DNA from: Tetramitus jugosus
Taxonomy: Eukaryota; Protista; Heterolobosea
Direction: 5' to 3'
NCBI GenBank assembly: GCA_937625935.1
Contig: OW569345.1
Coordinates: 310,001-374,000 of the forward strand
DNA length: 64,000 bases
Below are positions 21,877 to 33,800 of this stretch, piece by piece (positions within the stretch are counted from its first letter, which is position 1; each line of letters opens with the position of its first letter). The notes beneath the pieces are model-generated. The model was not told where the DNA came from. It saw only the letters and a list, made by a program, of their open reading frames with translations, and did no database searches. The position numbers were made by a program, and so were the translations under genes.

Positions 21877-23763
21877 ATGCAACAAGGAATAACAGCTGTT
21901 GAAGCACAATGCACCATACGAGATGATCCATATCAAGATGATCAGAAACTTGTGGAGGCCATAGAAGAGAGTCAACTGTTGCAACATAGCCAAGATGATG
22001 ATCAGTCGACAATGTCAAGAGGAGTCAATGTGGTGGTGGAGCTAGATGAGTATTCCTCGCAAGCAGAGGAAGAACAACAACAACCAGAAGAACAACAAGA
22101 AACAACAGAGATGGGAACTCCAAAGAACCAAGCTACATTGTTTCCTGTGCGTTTATTCTATGCAGCTCACTCAATGTCCAGTTGGAGTGATAGAATGTGG
22201 TATTTGGCCATGCCCATGGTGTTTTCTTCCATGTTTCCCAATACTCTCCTACCCGTAGCTCTCTTTCAACTGATTACTCAACTGTTGTGCGCCTTTTTTG
22301 GCACATACATTGGGTTTTTGGTCGATCGGAAGCCGCGCCGTTTTGTGATGATCTTTAGCATTACGGTTCAGAATTTGTCCGTTTGTTTGTGTTCTGTGTG
22401 CTTGGTTGTTTTATTGTATCTCGTAGGAGAACACAAGAGAGATATTACAAAGGAGGTGATGTTTGATTGGCCATTTAAATCACCAATTCAAGTGGCTCTA
22501 TTCTTTGGATCGGTTCTGTTTGGTACTATATCGGAATTGGCTTCCATGATATCATCTGTTTCGTTTCAAAAGGATTGGGCAATAGTGATTGCACAGAGCT
22601 ACAATTATCCTTTGGGAGGTGTGTATCCATTCTGTTTGAATTCGAATTGTTGAAGTGGCCACATCGATTGTGTTGACTGTTTAACTCATTTAATTTTATC
22701 TAAAGACATGAATGCCATGCTCAGACGTATTGATCTATTTTGTAACATTCTGGGTCCAATTGCTTTCAGTCTAATCATTACTGTTACAAAGGTATGTTTC
22801 TCAATGTGTGATTGTGGTATATCAAAATAGTTGTTTAACATTGTGGTGATTTAGATTCTTCCAGCTATTATCATCGTGTGTTCTTGGAACTTTTTCAGTA
22901 TGTTTCCAGAGTTACTGTGCATGATAATTGTTTACAGACGGACACCGGATTTACATGCTCCAAAGGCTGTCGAGAACAGTGCCACTCGTCCCAAGAATGT
23001 ATTCCAAATGTTTTTCCACGGTTGGAGAAGCTATGTTCAGCAAGGTGTATTCTTGTGTAGTTTGGCTTTTGTTTTCCTGTTCATGACGGTTCTGCACTCC
23101 GGGCCATTGTTGCTCTCATTCCTCGCGAGTCTCGGACTGAATAGAACGATTATTGCAGTGTTTTATGCGTCGTGCGCTGTGGGTGGAGTAGTCGCCACGT
23201 TTGTCACACCATATGTCATTACTAGGTTTAAGGTGATTCGTGGTGGATTGTACAGTGTGTGGTTTCAACTGATATGTTTATTGATCGGTACAGGATTATT
23301 AGGAGTCTATTACTTCCTTGGCAATTCAAAGGATGGAAGGTGCGAGTTATTCTGCATGATCTGTGTTATCGTCTTTATGATTTCGATTGTAGTCTCCAGA
23401 TTTGGTCTGTATGCTTTTGATCTGGCTGAGATTCAGTTAATGCAAACTTGTGTCTCCAGTCAAGAGAGAGGTACTGTGAACGCTACGGAGAAATCATTGA
23501 CAAAGATTGCAGAGCTTGCAATTTACGTCCTGGCCATCCTATTCTCGAGACCATCTCAATTCTTCATTCTAGCTGTCATTAGTACGGCATGCATAGGAAC
23601 TGCAGCAATTTTCTATTCCTATTGGTGTACAACTCCCTACTCATCACAAGCACTATTGTTATGTGAACAAGAAAACAAACAACCAGAGGAGCTAGGACAA
23701 ACAAGCGAGGAACCACTAGAAGTCAATCAAAAGATTGATGAGATCAATAATGAAACTCCTTGA
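21877..23763 (+). CDS. SLC40A1: Ferroportin (SLC40/FPN1) family iron exporter (3 exons; introns 22619-22705 and 22792-22854)
   Basis: YAAHSMSSWSDRMW, QKDW, spliced DMNAMLRRIDLFCNILGP, SRFGLYAFDLAEIQLMQ; both introns restore the frame. Confidence 0.9.
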
Positions 23764-23764
23764 T

Positions 23765-26700
23765 TTATTTAGATGTTATCCGATATCCGGCTATCTGTTT
23801 GTATGCTTGTTCTTGCGCACTGCCGCTAGTCACTACTGGTGATAAACTTTGAGATAACTTCAACTGCTTCCATTCATCACTTTCCTGCAAATATTTTTGC
23901 AGCATTGTTTCGAGTGCTTGTCTTTTAATCGGTTTTGTTAATACCTCGTCCATTCCAGATTCCAAACATCGCTGTTGGAAAGATTCCTCTGATGAAGCTG
24001 TGAGACCTATGATCGGTATTCGATATGGCTGTGTGTTCCCAATCCGTGCAAACATTTGAGCTTCAACTTCTCGTATGTGACGACTCGTTTCTAGTCCATC
24101 TAATTCTGGCATGTTTCCATCCATCAATATGATATCATATTCGAACAAGCGAGTGTCTTGAATAGACTCTCTTCGAGCTTCGTGAATAGGAATGTTGAGC
24201 AACGATAGAGCCTCGATACCATTTCCTGCTATCTCAACCTCCACACCTAGAGCTTCAATAATGCGCTTCGTAACTTTTTGGTTAATGGGTTGATCTTCCA
24301 CCATTAACAGCCTAGGTGTCGAATGGAGTCTTTGAAACTTATCGATCACTGTATAAATATATTGGGCTGGTGTGCCACTTCTTTCCTTCAACATTAGTTT
24401 CGTGAACAAAGACAATCGCGTGTTTCTAGGGGAGTTGAAACGATTAATTTCCTTGGATTTCAACATCTCAGGCATCATACTCCTTCGACGATTTTTATGT
24501 TCCTGCACATGTTGAGTTTGAGGTGTGTTGGTCACTGGGAAAGATAATCTTCTGGAAAATGAACTAAATCTTCTCATTGGTCGGATTTCAAATGATACAT
24601 AAATCCTATTCTTATACGAGGTTTCGATATGAGGTTGAGATGAAGCACGACATCGTACTCTGACTTCCTCTGAATGATCGAAATCATGAATCATGCCGCT
24701 CCGAGATGATTCTCCAGATGTTGGTGTTTCGCTCTCATACTGCTCCGCTTCATCATCCTCCTCAAACGAATCCTCATACACTGGATACTTTCGGTGAACG
24801 ACCAAGTCATTGTAAAACAGTTTCTCAATGAGCGACAGATAGATTGGCTTTCGGATGCACAACTTGAATTGGAGCAAAACATCTTCAAACACACCTCCTT
24901 TGAGAAATAGAGTCAAAACCATTAATGGTGTCGAAGGAGAGCATGACAATCTCTTGTTCGAAGCTGTTATCGTTTTCCGCACCCTTCTGATGAGAGGTAC
25001 AATGTCTTCGTCACCATCAAACACCAAGCATCCCTCATCAATAATAATTGCCTCAATCGGATCGACAATATAGGTAGATTGATTGTCAAGCACCTCTGAA
25101 ATGGAAGAGGCCAATAAATATTTCTCATTAAAATCGCTCATGTACTTGCACATGACAGTTGCCACTTCAAAATTATCGATGATGAGAAGAGTTTGTCCTC
25201 GATTCTGTGTCGATCCCGCATGCGAGTCATCTCCATCGAACACCCCATCAGAAACCTGAGAGAAAAAGGGAGTGGTGGTCGATGAAGCTGAATTGACATC
25301 ACTCCTCACATTTACCGTGTATACTTGATTTTCTCCAGAATCATTCAGAATCACGATGTTCTGCTTGTCATCGCCATTCACATCGACAAACACGGCATTT
25401 CGGCTCCTTCTTCGCTCATGGATTGCTTGATATTGAGTATCGTTCTCATATGAGCTGCTAAACTCACCATAATTGAATGTGTTTGAAAAGTCCTTGTTGT
25501 GTTGTCCGTCCACTGCTTCTGTTTCTGGCTCCTCTTCCTTTGGTCCATAGATGTTGCAGCTCGAAGTCACTTCATCATCAACCTTTAGAGGCTCGACTTG
25601 TGGAGAAGTATCGATCGATGGCTTCTTCAATGTCACTGTGAACCAAAACTTTGATCCCTCACCAACTCTACTCTTCACACCAATGTCACCATCCATGATG
25701 GACACCAATTGTTTGCAAATCGCTAAGCCAACACCTGTGCCTTCGTACCTTCTCTTTGCCGAGTTGTCAACCTGAGAAAACATTTTAAATAATTTCTTTT
25801 GGTCATCCTTGGATATACCGATGCCACTATCAATAACTTTGACAGACACCACAATTTCATCCTCATTCTCACTCTCTAGATCAACGTTCACTATAATTTG
25901 TCCATGGTCCGTAAACTTGACAGCATTCGACACCAAATTAGACACAATCTGCTGGAATCTGTTTGAATCACCAATAAGTCGGCGAGGAAGTGTCTTGGGT
26001 ATGTACACTGCAATGTCCAACGATTTTTCATAGGCTTTCTGAGCCACGACATCAATGACGTCCTCTATACTCTGGGGAAGATCGAAGACTTCAGGATTCA
26101 GAGTTAGAGTCCCCATCTCCAATTTCGAGTAATCTAAAATATCTGAAATGACAATCAATAAATGTCGAGCAGATTTTTGGATAATCTTGGCATTGTCACG
26201 CATATCATCAATCTCATCACAATCATCATGTATCATCTCACTCAACAATTGAATGGCATTGATTGGTGTTTTTAGCTCATGAGATACAATGGACAGGAAA
26301 CGACTCTTTGCCTTCATTTCAGCCACGTCTTCCAACACTGTTTCCTTCTCTTGTCTGCTCTCAATGCTTCGAATACCTAGAACGTAGACATCTTCGCCCA
26401 TACAGCTCTGAATCTTGGAAATAATCTCTAAAGCCAAGTGCTTGCCTTGCTTTGTCCGACCAATGCATTCAAAAATAACCTTTCTGGGAATGTTGTTGTT
26501 CATATCAGAAGAGGTTTCATTGGTCAACTTGGCAATGTCTTGGTGCCCCATGAGACAATCAAAGGGTGCTTCGACAAACAAATCGCGCAAGTCAATGTGC
26601 TTACAATCGGTTATTGAGTATCCGAACAACCGTTGAAATGCAGGGTTCACATCTAAAATCTTACCGTCCTTGTGAATGACAATAGCCTCAGTAGTCACCA

Positions 26701-27982
26701 TCATCATATCGAAACAGTGCTTCATTTGACTCTGAAGTCTCTTTTGTTGATTCACCATAAAGTAGTAAAAGAAGAGAATGCACATCTTGACTGGTAGAAC
26801 ACAACCGAGAATCATGGACACATGATTCAATTGCACAAATGATGGGGAAAACGAAGGCAACATGAGTATAAATCCCATGTGAATCAAGTAAATGGCAATG
26901 ATTGCAATCAGTCTTGTGATCAAAATGCCAGAAAATACGAGTGGGACGAGCAGCCATTTGACCAATTGGAGCACACTCATTGAATCAATTGTCTTGACTC
27001 CTCCAAACACGAGTGCAATATATGGCATCAAGTAGGAGAAAAAGAGCAACGAGTTCACTGACCATACAACCATTGATCTTCTTGTGCTTAATCTCTTGGT
27101 TGTGGTTGCCTCGAGGTTGTCATCTGATGATGTGACACGACTACTATTGTCGCCCACATTCTCAACTATCGGTTGGTTGACTGCACCTCTTCCATACCGC
27201 TCCCGAACACCCAACCATTCCAAAATGAGCATCACCGTAAACAGAACGAGCATCACCAAATACAGCGGACTATTATCGGGCACCAACAGCGCACGAGAGA
27301 CAAAGCTATCATACACTGTGAACGCCAAATAAAAGCACATTGCAACCATGACGCTCTGATGGATTAAAACTTGTGATGAAGTATACAAAAAACAAGTGGG
27401 TGCTTGAAACAACAATGAAAACAATGAATTTTCATTGTATCGCCAAAAACTCTCTGATTTGACAAAAGCTTGTATCTGAGCAATTTCATTGAACTCTCCA
27501 GAAGAATGATTGTGATCATTGCTTGTATCATTGTTGTTGCTATCGTCTTCGCGAGCACTGTTGTTGTTATCATTGTTATTATTCGTATTAGTATTGTAAT
27601 TGTTATTGTAAGTATTGTTGGTTGTTGTAGCTCTTGGTGCGTGATCCACGGGTGACGCAGTTGTTGAGCATGACTGCCGCCTCAGCACACGATTCACTGT
27701 TGTCGGGGACAGTGATCGTGTAATGTGAATATTGTGACTGCTGCTACTTCTCCGTTCATTGTTCTGACCGGATCTCGTTGTTGGCGTGTGACTGTTACTG
27801 TTGTTGTTACTGGCACTGGTACTGTTACCACTATTGTTGCGACTGCTGCTGCTCTCTTCTTCTTCTGCTTCTGTCGCTAAAAAACTCATTTCTCCTGTTG
27901 CTCTGCCGTTGCTCTTGTTCATGCGAACGACTTCGACTTGTTCTGTTACTGTTACTGTTGCTGTTGCTGTTGCTTGATCCAT
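23765..27982 (-). CDS. Membrane-bound hybrid histidine kinase (TMs, PAS, HisKA, HATPase_c, degenerate REC, REC)
   Basis: KSRFLSIVSHELKTPINAI, NLVSNAVKFT, DSGIGI, GTGVGLAI, PAS-like ILDVNPAFQRLFGYS, receiver LMVEDQPIN..ILMDGNMPELDG..KP. Confidence 0.95.
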   Translation of the reverse strand: MDQATATATVTVTEQVEVVRMNKSNGRATGEMSFLATEAEEEESSSSRNNSGNSTSASNNNSNSHTPTTRSGQNNERRSSSSHNIHITRSLSPTTVNRVLRRQSCSTTASPVDHAPRATTTNNTYNNNYNTNTNNNNDNNNSAREDDSNNNDTSNDHNHSSGEFNEIAQIQAFVKSESFWRYNENSLFSLLFQAPTCFLYTSSQVLIHQSVMVAMCFYLAFTVYDSFVSRALLVPDNSPLYLVMLVLFTVMLILEWLGVRERYGRGAVNQPIVENVGDNSSRVTSSDDNLEATTTKRLSTRRSMVVWSVNSLLFFSYLMPYIALVFGGVKTIDSMSVLQLVKWLLVPLVFSGILITRLIAIIAIYLIHMGFILMLPSFSPSFVQLNHVSMILGCVLPVKMCILFFYYFMVNQQKRLQSQMKHCFDMMMVTTEAIVIHKDGKILDVNPAFQRLFGYSITDCKHIDLRDLFVEAPFDCLMGHQDIAKLTNETSSDMNNNIPRKVIFECIGRTKQGKHLALEIISKIQSCMGEDVYVLGIRSIESRQEKETVLEDVAEMKAKSRFLSIVSHELKTPINAIQLLSEMIHDDCDEIDDMRDNAKIIQKSARHLLIVISDILDYSKLEMGTLTLNPEVFDLPQSIEDVIDVVAQKAYEKSLDIAVYIPKTLPRRLIGDSNRFQQIVSNLVSNAVKFTDHGQIIVNVDLESENEDEIVVSVKVIDSGIGISKDDQKKLFKMFSQVDNSAKRRYEGTGVGLAICKQLVSIMDGDIGVKSRVGEGSKFWFTVTLKKPSIDTSPQVEPLKVDDEVTSSCNIYGPKEEEPETEAVDGQHNKDFSNTFNYGEFSSSYENDTQYQAIHERRRSRNAVFVDVNGDDKQNIVILNDSGENQVYTVNVRSDVNSASSTTTPFFSQVSDGVFDGDDSHAGSTQNRGQTLLIIDNFEVATVMCKYMSDFNEKYLLASSISEVLDNQSTYIVDPIEAIIIDEGCLVFDGDEDIVPLIRRVRKTITASNKRLSCSPSTPLMVLTLFLKGGVFEDVLLQFKLCIRKPIYLSLIEKLFYNDLVVHRKYPVYEDSFEEDDEAEQYESETPTSGESSRSGMIHDFDHSEEVRVRCRASSQPHIETSYKNRIYVSFEIRPMRRFSSFSRRLSFPVTNTPQTQHVQEHKNRRRSMMPEMLKSKEINRFNSPRNTRLSLFTKLMLKERSGTPAQYIYTVIDKFQRLHSTPRLLMVEDQPINQKVTKRIIEALGVEVEIAGNGIEALSLLNIPIHEARRESIQDTRLFEYDIILMDGNMPELDGLETSRHIREVEAQMFARIGNTQPYRIPIIGLTASSEESFQQRCLESGMDEVLTKPIKRQALETMLQKYLQESDEWKQLKLSQSLSPVVTSGSAQEQAYKQIAGYRITSK

Positions 27983-28358
27983 TCCACCACAACGTTTATA
28001 ATAATCATGAAATGTTTTATATTTGCAGTTATTTGAAACAAGTTTTTTTGGTTTTTGGGTGACTGTTCCCCTTTCTCTCACTTCCTTTTCGCGTCTTTTG
28101 TGGAAGGGTTGGGATTCGATTTTTGTCTCTTTAGTTGAAATCACACACAAAAAGAACACTCTTGAACAAAAAATAAATTAGAGGAGGTTTGGTTTGTTTG
28201 TGAATGAAGCGTTGGATCTTATGACTTGTTGGCGATGTTGGAGCTCCTCATCGGAAAGAAATAAAGCCCTACCAGAGTCCAAAAGTTGGTGTGAGAACTT
28301 CTCAAACGGGATGATTTCCCCCCAAGAGAACAAATCGAGTGAAAAAAATCAAAAGCAC

Positions 28359-29182
28359 ATGGATAAATCGGATAAAAGAAGGATCCTTTGTCATTGGATC
28401 AATCTCGTGTGTTTTCAACTGAATCTACAAGTTGAGTATTGCTTGAGCCTGGGTATTACGGATTTGGGTCACAAGGCGATCATCAGCAGAAACCGGAGCA
28501 GTGCGTATGATTTTTTCGAGGAGCTGGAACGATGGAAGAGGTATCTGGATTCCAACATGATTGTGAATAAGGTGAGTGGTGTGTGTTCTAAGGTATCAAT
28601 GATCCACAATTGGGTGATTGCTCATTGACCCACATGTTTGTGTTATTTCTATATCCATCATTGAAAGTGCCGCAGTACATGTTTCAGTTGATCAATGTGA
28701 TGGACTTATTGTTTGCCACGCCAAGTGAAATGAAAATAGATCACGCTTCTCCAGGATCCTATCTTCGCATCGCACAACACAGGATAAAACAAGTGCTATC
28801 TCGAGCAAAGTGCGTGGAGAAACGGAACAGGGCTGCGCAATCTGAAGGTGACGATGCGAAGGAGAAAACAACACACTTTAATGAATACAAGGACGTGGAG
28901 TTGTACAATCCACACGTATTGATTCAGTCACCAAATGAGAATACTGTTGAGGACATGAACGAGGTTGATAATATCAAGTATTTTACACCGTTTGTAACTG
29001 TTTGGAACCGTCGAGTAGTTCACGAGGCCATTCAATCACCGGATAGAAAGTGTCTAAAGCGGCTGTTGGATCTAGCAGAGTTTGACTCTCGGACAGTGAG
29101 TCCACAGGAATTATATTTATTGAATACGGCGTTTCAACTATTGTGTCGATGGATGAGAGCTATTGTTGATTTCATAGAATAA
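28359..29182 (+). CDS. Hypothetical helical protein (2 exons; intron about 28572-28675)
   Basis: Two adjacent ORFs joined in frame by AAG|GTGAGT...CAG|TAC; no family recognised. Confidence 0.5.
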
Positions 29183-29264
29183 TAGAAGCAAGTGTCTCAA
29201 TGATTACCAATTTGAAGTTTATTCCTCATTACAAGTCCTGCTTGTAGTAGGAGTTTTTGTTTGG

Positions 29265-29287
29265 CCGCCAAAAAACGAGCGCCAAAA
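29265..29287 (-). promoter_or_regulatory. Tandem E2F-like sites (TTTTGGCGG, TTTTGGCGC)
   Basis: ccgccaaaa at 29265-29273 and gcgccaaaa at 29279-29287, 40-60 nt upstream of ATG 29329. Confidence 0.35.
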
Positions 29288-29328
29288 CTACAGCGATCCA
29301 CAGCCCAGTCGACACAACACATACAATA

Positions 29329-29933
29329 ATGGTTCCTACTCATCAAGATCATGAGCAATACTGCTATGAAGCTACTACAAGCGTAGAGTACTACGATGAA
29401 ACAGACGATGGAGACACAATGACACATGTGCACCATGATTCACAGGAGGACAATAATGATTCTCACTCTCATCACAATGACTCCTCATTGATGCCTCAGC
29501 TAGACGACAATATTACACCAATGAGTGATCTACTGTCAGGTAAACTTTTCTTTTGAACAATTGTTTTTTCAATTGTGTGGTAGAAGCAGGTTTTTCATAC
29601 AACATTTTCACATTTTGAAAGAGTTCCAAGAAGAAACGCAACAAGTAATTGCTATAGCTCTCAAAAGTGTACAGTAAGTTGAAATGACTCTAAGCAAGAA
29701 TATGCATTGTTGTTAGTTTTTTCTCACATTTTTCGTAATACAATATTTTGACCCACAGAAATATCGAGGAAGAGTTCAGGTCTGTGCTTCAAATGCTGCA
29801 CCAAGAAATTTTTCAGTGCAACAATGAATCAAAGGAATTGGAGGATATGACCAATGCTATTCAAGGTGAAATCTCAAGTTTCCTCAAAAAACTGCCCACT
29901 GCTTTCGCTTCTTTGTATCATCCCTTAGCCTAA
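29329..29933 (+). CDS. Small acidic coiled-coil protein, about 145 aa (3 exons; introns 29540-29621 and 29674-29758)
   Basis: GTAAAC..AAG and GTAAGT..CAG introns give ...SDLLSEFQEETQQVIAIALKSVQNIEEEFRSVLQMLHQEI... in frame. Confidence 0.55.
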
Positions 29934-30031
29934 TAAAGCGTGTGAAAACAAACTCAAAAAAACCCACATTGATCAGCGCCCTTTCCCCTTATTTTTTTTA
30001 TCACTCGGCACTGTTCGTCAAACACAACTGT

Positions 30032-30104
30032 TGCACATGATATCATTTAACCATCTCTTTCGGGACTGATCAAGACTGATGACACTCTATACTCTACTGA
30101 TGCA
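30032..30104 (+). ncRNA. Box C/D snoRNA, snR39B/SNORD2-like (LSU Gm805-equivalent guide)
   Basis: TGCA/TGCA terminal stem; C-like ATGATAT (30037), D' CTGA (30066), C' CTGATGA (30076), D CTGA (30097). D' guide TCTTTCGGG is complementary to the conserved LSU sequence CCCGAAAGA. Confidence 0.8.
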
Positions 30105-30322
30105 TTCCAATCAAAACACCTTTTACGTCCATGTTCTCAATACTCCTCTTCACCTTCTCCATTTTTGGGGTGAGCAGTCAAACGTCACATCTATTTTCAT
30201 CGAATGTTTTGTCACATGTCTGGTGAAAGACAATATGAAATGAATCACGCAACAGTGTGCGCTCCACTATATTCTCGAAGAGAAAAAACGAAAAGAAGAA
30301 GAAGAAGAATAGTAAAGCAATC

Positions 30323-30628
30323 ATGCAACAAGTTTTTGTCTTCCATTTTTCCAAGCCTCACCAATGCCCAGAAATCCAGTCAGCCACCCGTAGAAGCCCT
30401 GCCGGTTCACAAGATCCACAACGAAAGTCCTATCAATTCACCATGAATCGCCTGACCCCTACAACACCAATGACAACATGCTCATATCCACCACCACCAC
30501 GGGACATCCTCAGTGAAGCCAACATGGAAATGAAACTAAAAATGTCTTGCTGTACCTCACTGAACAGTGCTCTCATGATGCCATTGTCGTCAAGTCCAAC
30601 AACAAACCCCCAAATATCAAGAATGTGA
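30323..30628 (+). CDS. Possible short hypothetical protein
   Basis: ATG-initiated 101-codon ORF in an otherwise empty gap; no motif recognised. Confidence 0.25.
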   Translation: MQQVFVFHFSKPHQCPEIQSATRRSPAGSQDPQRKSYQFTMNRLTPTTPMTTCSYPPPPRDILSEANMEMKLKMSCCTSLNSALMMPLSSSPTTNPQISRM

Positions 30629-30823
30629 TCTAGCAGCTGCAGTAAGGAGTGGCTCTAAATTCAATGTACATACACTCTTTCTAACGATTGAGAACATCAG
30701 ACTTGGTGGAACATTGGAAGCAAACGTTCCGATAAAAGTCAACAAAACATTTAATAAAAATTTTTGTCCATTAACGTAATTGTTGTTTATTCTCGATTGT
30801 TGCCATAGGACGCGTGTGTCTGT

Positions 30824-33800
30824 CTATATGATTCTCTTCAGCAGAACAACAATTGGCAATCGCAACATGGCAATGGTTGGGAAAATGGCTGAGATAATAG
30901 CAAATACAAATGACAGACCAATCACTAAAATCATTATTTGCCATGGCACCACTGGTTGCAGTGGAAGTTGAGTAAAGAGGAACGATTGTGCAGACATGGT
31001 GTATCCAGTGATAAATCCAATACAAATACCCATGAGAGACGCTGATAGCACAAGCACAAACGCCTCATAAATGAACAATCGAACAATCAAAAATCTTCGA
31101 CACCCAATGGCTCTCAATACTGCAATCTCCTTTGTTTGCTCTTGAATGTTCGTGTACTGGCCACTGATCAGCGAGAAGAAGCAAATGAACATGGCAACAG
31201 CTGCAGTCAACAAGAAAAAGTAGTTGATAGCCTCGATGGCAATGGAGATCGGACTCAGATCATCCTCCATATCCTTCAATGAGATATAATCTTTGGAGGA
31301 TATGAGGTCCTTAATCTTTTTCTTGGCAGCTGAAATCAATGATGGCTTTGCATTGTCATCAATCTCCAGAAACATTACACGTAGAGGAATATCGTTCGCA
31401 GTCACATAATCGGTTCGGTTCATCATTCGCAAGTACGTTGGGAAACTGACGAGAGCATCTTGATTGTTCTGACCAGGGAACTTGGAAACACTGAGTGTTG
31501 GGGCACTGTCCATGAATGCCAATGGTCTCATCATTCGATAAGTATACTTTGCAAAAGAGTTGGGAATGCTGGTTTTGGATTCGAGAGCAAACTGATCATT
31601 CACACCCTTCTTAAGATCGAACAATGTTTTGTAATAGGATCCAATAAGCATAGAATATGTACCAATCCGAGAGTACAACTGCTTCACAACATTGTAGCTT
31701 CGAATGTTGCCTTCGTGCTGCTCGCTCAATCGAAGAAATCTTCTTCGAACGACATTGAGGAAATTAGGAGGTACAGCATACAGAGTGCACACACCTGATT
31801 GATAACGACCCAAGGATTGAATCCGAAAACCATCGTAAAATGAATTCAATGGTTGTGACATGTACGTGTAACGTCCTTTGATCACTGGATCGGCCTCAGC
31901 CACCTTTTCTATTCTCCTGAGCAAGCTTTTATCACTTGATCGATTTTCCGAGAAGATCAAATTCAACCTTGTTCCGAAGCTTTGTTGCACACCGAATGTG
32001 AAAGTCTGAACTTGCAAGTTGAAGGCAATGGATATGAAGATGATGAAACCGAGAGATAGCGACAGCATGATTGTAGTCTTTCTGTTACGTTCCCTGTGAG
32101 CTGTCAGATTCTTTGTAATCATGCTCTGAACTGCTCCATTCTCCCAGAAGAAACAAACGAACGTGATGAATTTTTCAATAATTGTCTCAACGTTCAATGT
32201 GAGCATTGTCAAACCAAGCAACATGGCAATCAGCACTGCAAAGAACATGTACAGCAGCAGAGTCAGATTCAATGAGAGAAGAGCCAGTGGGAAGAAGTAG
32301 TAGGTAAAGAAACCCAATATAGCTCCCACGGCGCCCAGAGCTACAATTGGCAGTGATATCTTACCCTCTGAGTTTCTTTCTATACTGTATTTAACAGACT
32401 TTGTTTTTGACTGATTGGTATCGAGGGAGTCATGTAGGTTCTTTGTCAAGGCGTTTCGAATGGGCAATATAGAAGCAATGATAGGCAAGAACAATCCGAG
32501 CAAGGCTGCTTCGAGAACTGCATATCCGTTCAGAGTTCGTGCTAGCTTGACACTGAAGACACCTGATAAACCATAGGCGACACCTAACCACACCAATTGT
32601 GCAATTGCAAGTCCAATGATCACACCAGGAATTGCAAAGAATAGAGATTGCATGAAAATCAACTGCAATAGACCCAATCTCTTCATACCAATCATTCTCA
32701 TCACTCCCATTTCAAATGCTCGATTCTCCACATTAATCATCAACAAGCTATAAATTAACATGATGGATAAGAGTGCCATGATTACGATGATAATGTTGAC
32801 AATGAGGCCGAGAAATAGTGAAAAGAACTGTGTCTGGTTCATGTACTCGAGCATGGGATAACTTCTTCCGACTTGATCAAATCCCACATAGTACAGTACC
32901 TGAGATGCAAACTGAATAACCATTGTCTTAATGTCGTCGTACTTTTGCTTGTTATAATGATCGATACGACTCGGTCTCATGCTGTAGTATATGAGTTGTG
33001 CATAAGGATACATTGAATTGTTGCTCAATAGCTCTCTTTGCTCATCCGGTAAATCAGGGTGAACATAGGGAGCAATCGATCGCAGGAATTGATCATATTC
33101 CATAAAGATCGAATCCTTGGTATAGATGGAAATCTTTCGTTGACTGTCAGAGATTTTAACAGTGACTGGAAAGTAGATGAGATAGGGTATGGATGGTAAT
33201 CTCGATTTGATGATACCGGCATCTCTGTACGGACCTACCATTGAGCTCGATCCATCAATCTGTATCACAATTGAATCACCCTCTGTCACATTCAAAGAAT
33301 TGGCTAAATTGGGTGACAAATATGCCTCTGAGGCACCCATTGGTGGATGGCGCCAATTACGTCCCAACTGCATCTTCTTCTCTCTCAGTGTATCGATCAC
33401 AAACAGCGGTGCTTGGTAACCTCGATCACAATAATGGGAGGCACAGAACGTAGAGTTCCACTGTGAACAATCTGTCGTGTTCGGATACCCCAAGTAGGCC
33501 CACTGACGAAACGTGCTCGCAGGTTCCAGAGGCAACACATTCTTCGTTCCATTCTCAAAGCACTTGCTCGCGGCAAACACTGTGGTCAACTTGGACCCAT
33601 AGTTTAATCTTGGAGAAAAATATTGAAATTTTGAGTAGAATTCTGGTGTTCCGGCACCTCGTTGTACACTCTCCTCAATCGCTGTCATGTTCAATGTGGT
33701 TGATGATGAGAAATCCTTGGGCACCAACCGAATATCGTACTCTCCATTGTTGTTCTCTGCCAATCTCAGGAAAATGATGGGCAGTTGAGAGAGGGCACTC

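Noticed and set aside
21790-21880. Iron-responsive element upstream of ferroportin
   Set aside because: No CAGUGN-loop hairpin is visible in the 87-nt divergent spacer.
30170-30256. Hairpin followed by ACA as a possible H/ACA RNA
   Set aside because: Single short hairpin with no clear pseudouridylation pocket; cannot be supported.
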